A DNA stretch of 55,212 bases from a virus, in the IMG/VR virus record IMGVR_UViG_3300023296_000001. One strand, written 5' to 3'. The notes beneath the pieces were generated by a model that saw nothing but the letters and a program-made list of their open reading frames with translations, had not been told where the DNA came from and made no database searches. This document shows, piece after piece, positions 35,711 through 43,391 of the stretch. Position 1 is the first letter of the stretch; the number at the start of each line of letters is the position of its first letter. The position numbers and the translations under genes were made by a program.

Positions 35711-36253
35711 ATGAAACAATGTAACAAATGTAATAAAGAATTAGAATTATCCTGTTTTTATTTTAGAAAAGACTATAATAATTATAGAAATAATTGTATA
35801 GAGTGTGAAAAGAAAAAAGCTAATGATTTTTATAATAACAATAAACAACACTGTAGCGAAAGGGCTAAAAAATACTATATTAAAAATAAAGAACACTTAA
35901 AAAATAAAAGTAGATTGCAATGGGAAAGCATAAAAAACACAGAAGAGTATAAGACTTGGAAAGTGTTATATGGTGTAAAATATAGAGATAAAAACAGAGC
36001 CTTTCTTACTGCGCGTGAAGCAAAGAGAAGAGCAACAAAACTTAAAGCAACCCCTTCATACGCAGACTTAGATAATATAAGAATTGTATATGAAAAAGCT
36101 AAATGGTTAGAAACAATAACAGGATTAAAATATGAAGTAGATCATGTTATACCATTACAAGGTAAAAACGTATGTGGTCTACATATATGGGAAAACTTAC
36201 AATTATTAGAAAAATCACTTAACTGCAGTAAATCAAACAAACTAGGAGAATAA
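35711..36253 (+). mobile_element. HNH homing endonuclease ORF (copy 1 of 3)
   Basis: Start moved to ATG 35711. CNKCNK...CIEC zinc finger. RRATKLKATPSYADL...EVDHVIPLQGKNVCGLHIWENLQLL...NCSKSNK. Confidence 0.8.
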
Positions 36254-36255
36254 CT

Positions 36256-37017
36256 TTGGCAACGTACATATACCCACCAGTATCAATATCAGGCGGAGAC
36301 GCAACGGCTGCGAATCAGGCTTTAATGATAACTGAGCTTGAAGCAATCAACACCGACACTGACACTCTTGTCGCTGTCGATTACGCTACTGAAACTACCC
36401 TAGCTTTAGTAGCTACAGAAGCTACAGCAGCAGCAATATTAGTAGATACAACATCATTAGACGGTAAAGACTTTTCAACCGAAGTAACTTCAGCAGCAAT
36501 ATTAGCAGATACAACATCATTAGACGGTAAAGACTTTTCAACCGAAGTAACTTCAGCAGCTATATTAGTAGACACTTCAGTTATAGCTGGAGACACTACA
36601 AGCATCGATGGTAAAATCACAGCCTGTAATACAGGTGCCGTTGTAGTATCATCAAGTGCACTTCCAACTGGAGCAGCTACTAGTGCTAACCAAGCTACAA
36701 TTATAGCTAATCAAGCCGCTATTACTCCAGTAGATTTTTTAGACTCAGGAGTCGTAGATTCTTCAAGTACTAACATTCCAGCAGCAGGATTAACAGTAGT
36801 AGCTTCACTAGCTGCTGACTGTACAGAACTAGAGGTAGTAGACGATATTGGTGAATACATGACACTTACAGACGGATCAAACGTTGTACTTGCTTACCTT
36901 GCATTGGGCGGCGGTAGAGTTAAAGTTTCTATATCTTCAGGTACAGAATTAAAACTAGCATCAGTTAGTGGTTCAACTATTAGTGCAGGAAAAATTGCAA
37001 TAAACATTCTCGGTTAA
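36256..37017 (+). CDS. Tail fibre-like protein with 22-aa tandem repeats (TTG start)
   Basis: TE[AV]T[AS]AAIL[VA]DT[TS]SLDGKDFS repeats. TTG start 5 nt after GGAG and 2 nt after the HNH stop. Confidence 0.55.
   Translation: MATYIYPPVSISGGDATAANQALMITELEAINTDTDTLVAVDYATETTLALVATEATAAAILVDTTSLDGKDFSTEVTSAAILADTTSLDGKDFSTEVTSAAILVDTSVIAGDTTSIDGKITACNTGAVVVSSSALPTGAATSANQATIIANQAAITPVDFLDSGVVDSSSTNIPAAGLTVVASLAADCTELEVVDDIGEYMTLTDGSNVVLAYLALGGGRVKVSISSGTELKLASVSGSTISAGKIAINILG
36427..36580 (+). repeat. 66-bp tandem coding repeat (2 full units plus a partial third)
   Basis: Units begin at 36427 and 36493. Near-identical by eye. Confidence 0.85.
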
Positions 37018-37042
37018 CACCGACTAGACTTAGGAGTCTACA

Positions 37043-37675
37043 ATGGCAGCAGCTATCTTTAGTGCAGGAAAAGTAAAAATATTAAAAAACACCCTCGTCT
37101 TCAAAGACGGAACCGAAATCTCATCAACCGATGCGGCTAATTCAGTTACCAACGCAAGCACGAGTACAGACGATGCAATAGCTAGGTTTGACTCAACAAC
37201 TGGTAAAATAGTTCAAGATTCAGGGGTAACAATTACAGACGCAGACGTTGTATCTGGAGCAACCCAGCTTAACGTAGATAACATGCGCTTAGACGGGAAC
37301 ACTTTAAGCTCCACTGACACAGATGGTGATATTAACATAGATCCTGACGGAACAGGCGATGTTAAAATAAACGGAGCAGTAGTTATTTCAGTTGATAAGA
37401 TTTACAACATACAGGCAGACAGTGGCGCTTTTACAGCTATAGCAAATTCTACAACAGTCGTAACCACTAGTGGCGGCGCAGCTACTGTAACATTACCAGC
37501 TCCAGCAACGACAGAATTTGTAACCATAAAAGACGGCGGAAACGCAGAAACAAACAACATTACAATAAACCAAGCAGTAGCAGAAACCATAGACGGAGCA
37601 GCATCCTATGTTATTTCATCTAATTATGGAAGCGTTACATTAGTTAGTGATTCTGTAAACTGGTGGATTTTGTAA
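37043..37675 (+). CDS. Tail fibre/adaptor-like protein (210 aa), paralogue of 25205-25861
   Basis: Shared C-terminal block (see 25205-25861). N-terminal ARFDSTTGKIVQDSGVTI fibre-like motif. Confidence 0.55.
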   Translation: MAAAIFSAGKVKILKNTLVFKDGTEISSTDAANSVTNASTSTDDAIARFDSTTGKIVQDSGVTITDADVVSGATQLNVDNMRLDGNTLSSTDTDGDINIDPDGTGDVKINGAVVISVDKIYNIQADSGAFTAIANSTTVVTTSGGAATVTLPAPATTEFVTIKDGGNAETNNITINQAVAETIDGAASYVISSNYGSVTLVSDSVNWWIL

Positions 37676-37676
37676 T

Positions 37677-38291
37677 ATGAAAAATTGTAAAAAATGTCAT
37701 ATAGAATTAATAGTTAATGATAATTGGAATGTAAGTTTTAAGAAAAAAAGATATTATATTTGTAAGAAGTGTAGAAAGGAATATGCAACAAGTTATAGAG
37801 ATAAAAACAAGTGTGTTTTAAAGGAAAAAAGAAGGGTGTATTATAGTAATAATAGAGAAGTTATTAGTTATAAAGACAAGCAATATTATAAAGAAAATAC
37901 AGAAGTTATAAAAAAACGTGCAAAGGATTTTTACTATAATAATTTGGAAAAATGTAAAGATACTAGAAAGAAGTACTACAGAGCTAATAAGGAAAAAGCT
38001 AGAGAGTATAAGAGAGACTGGTTAAAGGATAATCAGCATTTAAAAAACGCAGCAAATGCCAGAAGAAGAGCCTCAAAACTACAAGCAACTCCTTCATGGG
38101 CTGATTTAGAAAAAATAAAAATAGTATATGAAAAAGCAATATGGTTAAGTACAATTACAGGGCTGGAGAACCATGTTGACCATGTATTGCCTCTAAATGG
38201 TAAAAACGTATCAGGGCTACATACTTGGAATAATCTTCAAATATTGGAGAAATCACTAAATTGCATTAAGAGTAATAATATAACAAATTAA
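37677..38291 (+). mobile_element. HNH homing endonuclease ORF (copy 2 of 3)
   Basis: CKKCH...CKKC. RRASKLQATPSWADL...HVDHVLPLNGKNVSGLHTWNNLQIL...NCIKSNN. Confidence 0.8.
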
Positions 38292-38372
38292 CATAATATA
38301 GAACTACACTACATCGGAATGTTCCGATATGGTTTGACCGCCACATAGTGTTTTTAACAAAAGGAGTCAGAA

Positions 38373-40331
38373 ATTTCTTACATTGGACAGAGACCTAAAG
38401 TAAAATCAATTCATTACGAACCGCAATCTACAATACCTATAAATCCAGTAGAGGGTCAAACCTACAGAAGCGACGGAACCGCATCAGCTAAAGGCTTATA
38501 CGAGTACCGAGACTCTACATGGCAAGAATTAGGCGGTAGCGGCGGCGGTATTAACTACTGCGACAACCCAAACGCTGAATCAGGCACCACCGGCTGGGCA
38601 ACATATGCTGATACTGCAGGCACAAAACCAGTAGACGGTACCGGCGGCTCCCCAACTATTACATGGGCTCAAAACACATCAACACCTATGCGTGGAGCTG
38701 CAGATTTTAAATTTGCAAAAGACGCCGCAGACAGACAAGGTGAAGGAGTTTCTTTTGATTATACAATCGACGAAGCCGATAAAGGCAGTCCTATTTATAT
38801 TAAATTCGATTACAACTGCGACGATTCTGACTATGCAGACGGCGATGTTATTATATACATCTACGATAAAGACGCTACATCTCTTAAAGAACCAGTAGGT
38901 ATCGAAGTTCAAGCCGGAAAAGGTAATCACTTTGCAACATACCAACCAGACAATAACACATCTGACGACTTTAGATTTGTCATACATCAATCAAGCACTA
39001 ACGCAGCAGCATATGATCTATTCTTTGAAAACTTCAAAATTGGTCCAGTTAGTGAAATTTCACAACCAAGTGTAGCAGCTATTAGTGATTGGAAAGATTA
39101 CAATCCTAATCTGTTAAATTTTGCACTAGACACAGGAGATGGCAATTATAGATCACAATACAGAAGAGTTGGGGATTCTGTTGATATTCGAATATATGGC
39201 AGCATCGAAACAAACCCTACAGGGATTATTGGGTTTACCCTGCCTGACGGACTATCAATGGTTGATAGAATATCATCGAGGGATGTTTATGGTGTTGCTA
39301 AAGGGTTTGATGGAGGTTCAAATACTCACTTAGGAATGGTGTCTAGTGGCGGCGCTACTACTTTTAATGTGACAGGGGATGATGGCACGGCACATTGGAA
39401 TGCAACAACTCCCTTTACGTGGTCGGCAGGATTTGATTACTTTTCAGTAAACGTTTACGGTATTCCAATTCAAGGTTGGAGCTCAGGCTCACAAGACGTT
39501 GCGGTTGTGGATGATAATAGAATTGTAGCAATGTCTGCCGATAGCTATGCTGGTGCAGCAATATCAAATACCGCTGAAGGAGATCTAACTTTTACAACTA
39601 GCTCAGAGACACATTCTAATTTTGCAACTGGCACAGGTATTTATACAATAGGTACATCTGGTTGGTATCAAGTCTCAGCTAACACTGGGCTGCAAGTATC
39701 TAGTCCTGCAGCAGGGAATAAAGGGCAACTCCTTTTATACAAAAATGGATCAACATTATTATGCGAATGTCAGCAAGAAGCAGAATCAGCATCGACTAAT
39801 ACTTTCTTTTCACATCACGTAAGTATATCAGCAGTTTACTTATTAAAAGGTGAAACATTAAAAACCAGCTACGTTAATAATTGGGGAGAAAGTGTGTCAC
39901 TCCAAGGTAATGCTAGAACTAATTTTAGTGTAAGCAAAATATCAGGACAAAACCAAATCATTGCAGCTGAAACTATAGTAGCACGAGCAAGCGGTAACGC
40001 AGCTAGTGCAGCTTCAGGAGCTCCGGTTATTTTTCCAACTAGCGACTTTGACAGTCACGGCGGTTATAATGTTTCAACAGGATTCTACACTACTCAAGTT
40101 TCTGGAACTTACAGAGTTTCAGGATATGTTACATCAGCAAACGCAGCTATAACATTAAACATAGCTAAAGACGGAGCAACCGACATAGCTGGAGGTATTA
40201 CAGACGCTTCAGGTGAAGGAACTTTTACAGGATTAATTAAATGCAACGCTAATCAAACTATATCATTAGAACCTAGTGGAACTTTAGATATTTCAGGCGG
40301 ACATATGAGCATTGAAAGAGTAGGAAATTAA
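38373..40331 (+). CDS. Tail fibre / receptor-binding protein (about 652 aa if initiated at ATT 38373; minimal form from ATG 38688)
   Basis: The frame is open from the TAA at 38355 with protein-like sequence (IPINPVEGQTYRSDG...LYEYRDSTWQEL). There is no ATG/GTG/TTG/CTG before 38688. AAGGAG lies 6 nt upstream of ATT. Confidence 0.5.
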   Translation: MSYIGQRPKVKSIHYEPQSTIPINPVEGQTYRSDGTASAKGLYEYRDSTWQELGGSGGGINYCDNPNAESGTTGWATYADTAGTKPVDGTGGSPTITWAQNTSTPMRGAADFKFAKDAADRQGEGVSFDYTIDEADKGSPIYIKFDYNCDDSDYADGDVIIYIYDKDATSLKEPVGIEVQAGKGNHFATYQPDNNTSDDFRFVIHQSSTNAAAYDLFFENFKIGPVSEISQPSVAAISDWKDYNPNLLNFALDTGDGNYRSQYRRVGDSVDIRIYGSIETNPTGIIGFTLPDGLSMVDRISSRDVYGVAKGFDGGSNTHLGMVSSGGATTFNVTGDDGTAHWNATTPFTWSAGFDYFSVNVYGIPIQGWSSGSQDVAVVDDNRIVAMSADSYAGAAISNTAEGDLTFTTSSETHSNFATGTGIYTIGTSGWYQVSANTGLQVSSPAAGNKGQLLLYKNGSTLLCECQQEAESASTNTFFSHHVSISAVYLLKGETLKTSYVNNWGESVSLQGNARTNFSVSKISGQNQIIAAETIVARASGNAASAASGAPVIFPTSDFDSHGGYNVSTGFYTTQVSGTYRVSGYVTSANAAITLNIAKDGATDIAGGITDASGEGTFTGLIKCNANQTISLEPSGTLDISGGHMSIERVGN

Positions 40332-40377
40332 TAAACATTAACACTCATAAAGACAGAAAGACGGAAAGGATTAAAAA

Positions 40378-40746
40378 ATGAGAATACAAAACGAAGCATT
40401 AACACTAGACGGCACTGACATGGAGTCAACCATTACATCAAACGCAGTATGGCTCGCTCATATTGCACATTATAGCATTCAAGTTGTATTTACTGGATCA
40501 CCAAACGGAACATTCAAACTACAAGCTTCAAATGACGTAGGAGCTAAAGACGGCGGAGGTTTATCATCTCCAACGATCACTAACTGGACTGATATACCAT
40601 CATCATCTTTAGCAGTTTCAGCATCAGGAAGCTCTTTATGGACTATATCAAATGCAGGATATAGATGGGTACGTGTAGTATGGACAAACTCAGCAAGCTC
40701 TACAGCCGCTATAACTAGTATCAGATTTAATGTAAAAGGATGTTAG
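40378..40746 (+). CDS. Small fibre-locus protein (122 aa), counterpart of 35341-35709
   Basis: Same length and composition. Flanks the fibre locus on the other side. Confidence 0.5.
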   Translation: MRIQNEALTLDGTDMESTITSNAVWLAHIAHYSIQVVFTGSPNGTFKLQASNDVGAKDGGGLSSPTITNWTDIPSSSLAVSASGSSLWTISNAGYRWVRVVWTNSASSTAAITSIRFNVKGC

Positions 40747-40755
40747 GGAATAATT

Positions 40756-41067
40756 ATGAAATTTGACATAGAATCAATGAAAAAACGAAGAAGCGAAGCA
40801 GCTAAAAAAAGAGAAGCTAAACCAAGCGCTAAAGAAACTTCCGATGAAATTGACAAAAAAAGCGCTAAAATGATAGATAGTATAGACAAAAAGAAAGCCT
40901 CTAAACAAAGAAAAAAAGACCTATCTCCCGACGAATGGGAAAAGATAAAATACAAACGCGGAGAATTTGACGCCAAAGAAACCAAAAGATTAGCCGCTGG
41001 CTCCTCGAAAGAAAAAGTACTAGCAGCTCGAAAAGAGATGATGAAGCGAATGTTAGACAAGGAATAA
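40756..41067 (+). CDS. Lys/Glu-rich basic protein (103 aa)
   Basis: ORF. The antisense ORF 40743-41060 is judged spurious. Confidence 0.5.
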   Translation: MKFDIESMKKRRSEAAKKREAKPSAKETSDEIDKKSAKMIDSIDKKKASKQRKKDLSPDEWEKIKYKRGEFDAKETKRLAAGSSKEKVLAARKEMMKRMLDKE

Positions 41068-41071
41068 CATT

Positions 41072-41362
41072 ATGAAAAAAGAGCTAGACTATTTAATTGA
41101 GAAAGTTAACAAAATAGACGAAAAACTAGGAGAAGTTGATAAACACTTAGCGGTGTATAACGAGCAGCTAGTAATTCATATTAAAGCTGGTGAAGCTATT
41201 CATGAAGCATCCCTTAAAAGAGATGAAGAAATAGAAGACGATTTAAAACCAATAAAAGACCATGTTTATCAAATGCGAGGCGCTGGCAAACTCATAGCCG
41301 TAATAAGCCTTATATCAGGAACAGTGCTAACAATATACACATTACTAGGAAACTTAAACTAG
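41072..41362 (+). CDS. Coiled-coil protein with C-terminal transmembrane helix (96 aa; holin-like candidate)
   Basis: LIAVISLISGTVLTIYTLLG at the C-terminus. Lies at the end of the late operon. Confidence 0.35.
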   Translation: MKKELDYLIEKVNKIDEKLGEVDKHLAVYNEQLVIHIKAGEAIHEASLKRDEEIEDDLKPIKDHVYQMRGAGKLIAVISLISGTVLTIYTLLGNLN

Positions 41363-41371
41363 GAGAATAGT

Positions 41372-41545
41372 ATGATTATAAGCATTTTAAAAGAAATTGG
41401 GAAAGGTTTAATAAGCGCTCTTTTGACTGAAAACTTCATTAAAGAGATTATCGTGTTTTTGCTAGAAAAACTTGCAAAAGCAACTGATAACGACGTAGAC
41501 GATGTAATCGTAGAAAAAATCAAAGAAGCTATCAAACCTAAATAA
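41372..41545 (+). CDS. Small amphipathic protein (57 aa, MIISILKEIGKGLISALL...)
   Basis: Below the ORF-track cutoff. TAGGAG SD 6 nt upstream. Followed by a terminator. Confidence 0.5.
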   Translation: MIISILKEIGKGLISALLTENFIKEIIVFLLEKLAKATDNDVDDVIVEKIKEAIKPK

Positions 41546-41557
41546 ATCCCAACCGCT

Positions 41558-41581
41558 AAGGGGCGGCGAAAAGCCCCCTTT
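41558..41581 (+). terminator. Terminator-like hairpin GGGGC-ggcgaaaa-GCCCC plus CTTT
   Basis: Lies at the end of the late operon. The T-run is short. Confidence 0.45.
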
Positions 41582-41613
41582 ACTACTATCACATTATAGG
41601 CGTAAACCACATC

Positions 41614-42141
41614 ATGATATGTAACATAGAAATTCCACATAAAGCTTATTCAGTCAATGCTATGTTCTATAGAGACGGTAGGCGTAAGAAGCAAGAAGCG
41701 GTCCAATGGGAACGTACTATAGCTAACTATCTAAGAGACGAAGACATACAAGAACAGCTTGAAAACATTCGGGCGAATTTTGACCCGAAAAAGCACTGTA
41801 TTCAGGTCAGTTTAATATTTGAATTTCCAAAAGAGATTTTAATTACTAAAGTAGGAGCTATGTCCTCTAAAGCATTCGACCTTTCTAACATTGAAAAGCC
41901 GCTAATAGACGTAATTTTCTTACCTAGCCACAGCTCGAAGACATGTAAAAACTTAGAATTAGATGACAAATACGTATCAAAACTAACATCGGCAAAAGTA
42001 CCATCAACCAGGCACTCAATAAGAATATGCATCGAGCTATTGCCATTACAACAACTACTAGATAATATGAGTGCCATGGATCCAACTAAAACCTCTCAAG
42101 ATCCAGAGTGTCAAGATCATCAAGATAAAGAGCAACTTTAG
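41614..42141 (+). CDS. rusA: RusA-like Holliday junction resolvase
   Basis: DLSNIEKPLIDVIF...LDDKYVSKLTSAK fits the RusA D-x-x-N-x-x-K-x-x-x-D ... DD ... K pattern. Confidence 0.55.
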   Translation: MICNIEIPHKAYSVNAMFYRDGRRKKQEAVQWERTIANYLRDEDIQEQLENIRANFDPKKHCIQVSLIFEFPKEILITKVGAMSSKAFDLSNIEKPLIDVIFLPSHSSKTCKNLELDDKYVSKLTSAKVPSTRHSIRICIELLPLQQLLDNMSAMDPTKTSQDPECQDHQDKEQL

Positions 42142-42640
42142 TAGTTCTATAACTTGGTACGCTGCACTCACCGTATAACTCATAGTCTTTAATATCTTTA
42201 CACTTTACAACTCCTAGAATTTCAACATATGGTAACTCTACTGATGTAAAAATGAAGTATTCAAACTCACCTGGATCTCTTACCACTTTATCTTTTCGTT
42301 GCAGTAACCATGATGATCCGTAGCGTTTTCTACTTGTTTCACCTTGAGACTTAACATGAAATGTATATTTTTGACTTACTAGATCAGCATCAAAGCTTTT
42401 ATTCTTAACATCGTAGATCTCCAAGTCAGGCTTGTTAACCTTAACACCGCAAGAACTTAAATACTTATACGCTGCAAATTCTCCAGCAGCTCCGAGTAAA
42501 ATATCGTTATATATCTTAACGCTTCTCTTTTCACCTCTGCGTTTGTATTCATCTGCAGAACCGCCTACTCTAGCTTCTGCAAAATCTTCACACTTTTCAA
42601 TAACGCTCGCCGTTAGTTTTACTTTTTCACCTATATACAT
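42086..42640 (-). CDS. PD-(D/E)XK nuclease-fold protein (184 aa)
   Basis: GAAGEFAAYKYL ... FDADLVSQKYTFHVKSQ (D ... H-V-K). Confidence 0.4.
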   Translation of the reverse strand: MYIGEKVKLTASVIEKCEDFAEARVGGSADEYKRRGEKRSVKIYNDILLGAAGEFAAYKYLSSCGVKVNKPDLEIYDVKNKSFDADLVSQKYTFHVKSQGETSRKRYGSSWLLQRKDKVVRDPGEFEYFIFTSVELPYVEILGVVKCKDIKDYELYGECSVPSYRTTKVALYLDDLDTLDLERF

Positions 42641-42648
42641 GTTAACTC

Positions 42649-42933
42649 CTATAATATCATTAAAATGGTTAATATAATACTTACAATACTTGTCTTTTGA
42701 TACAACTTCTTATCTTCTTCAACTTCTACCAATCTACTCTCCAGAAGTTCCACTTTCTCTTCCTGTACCTCTATCACATCCCCCTGTTCCTTTATCGTCA
42801 CTTTCTGCGCTCCCACCGTCAGAGCACACTTTGACAGTAGACCGTCGCATAGCGTCAAGTTCTTGCTGGCGTAGGTATTCTGCATATTCAGACTCAAAAT
42901 CAGTAGTAAGCTTATCACTATTCTCTTTGGCAT
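42649..42933 (-). CDS. Secreted/membrane protein (94 aa) with N-terminal signal sequence and C-terminal TM helix; spanin-like candidate
   Basis: AGGAGG lies 6 nt upstream of ATG 42933, embedded in 42734-43057. MPKRIVISLLLILSL... and ...TSIVSIILTILMIL. Confidence 0.45.
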   Translation of the reverse strand: MPKRIVISLLLILSLNMQNTYASKNLTLCDGLLSKCALTVGAQKVTIKEQGDVIEVQEEKVELLESRLVEVEEDKKLYQKTSIVSIILTILMIL

Positions 42934-43057
42934 CTTTAGCCTCCTGTTTTTCGACCTTAAGCCGAGCGTTAACTGCTGCGAGTTTAATTTTATACCAAGC
43001 CTCTCGCATAAAGCTTAGAATGTTTTTGATTACTAGTTTTACAAATATTTTAATCAT
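42734..43057 (-). CDS. Coiled-coil protein (107 aa) overlapping 42649-42933 out of frame
   Basis: GGATTAACATG start context directly after the upstream stop. Confidence 0.45.
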   Translation of the reverse strand: MIKIFVKLVIKNILSFMREAWYKIKLAAVNARLKVEKQEAKDAKENSDKLTTDFESEYAEYLRQQELDAMRRSTVKVCSDGGSAESDDKGTGGCDRGTGRESGTSGE

Positions 43058-43058
43058 G

Positions 43059-43388
43059 TTAATCCGTCCTCATTTTACACCAAAAAGCATGATGTACTCC
43101 TATACAGCTTTTGCCAAAAGTTTTAGCAGCTCCGCATTCACATTGAGTAGTTATACCAATATGCCTTTTTAAATCGTCTTCGTAAAAATACTCAACTCTA
43201 TGAATGCCAAACGCCACACTATATTCAATGGTATCATCTTCTTTTTTAATACGAGAAATTATCTTACCAACTCGCTCTAATACAGAACCTTTAACTTCTA
43301 CCTTTTCACCAACATTAAATTTAAAACTATTCACTGTCTTCTCCAGTTCTTCAAAGTATTCCTCCCAAAGGTCCCATTGAGTACTCAT
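43059..43388 (-). CDS. Hypothetical Cys/His-containing protein (109 aa)
   Basis: CECGAAKTFGKSCIGVHHAFWC. Confidence 0.5.
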   Translation of the reverse strand: MSTQWDLWEEYFEELEKTVNSFKFNVGEKVEVKGSVLERVGKIISRIKKEDDTIEYSVAFGIHRVEYFYEDDLKRHIGITTQCECGAAKTFGKSCIGVHHAFWCKMRTD

Positions 43389-43391
43389 ATC

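Noticed and set aside
36256-40331. Diversity-generating retroelement or retron acting on the fibre genes
   Set aside because: No reverse transcriptase ORF (no YxDD-type motif) exists anywhere in the window, and I found no template/variable repeat pair. The internal fibre repeats are simple tandem duplications.
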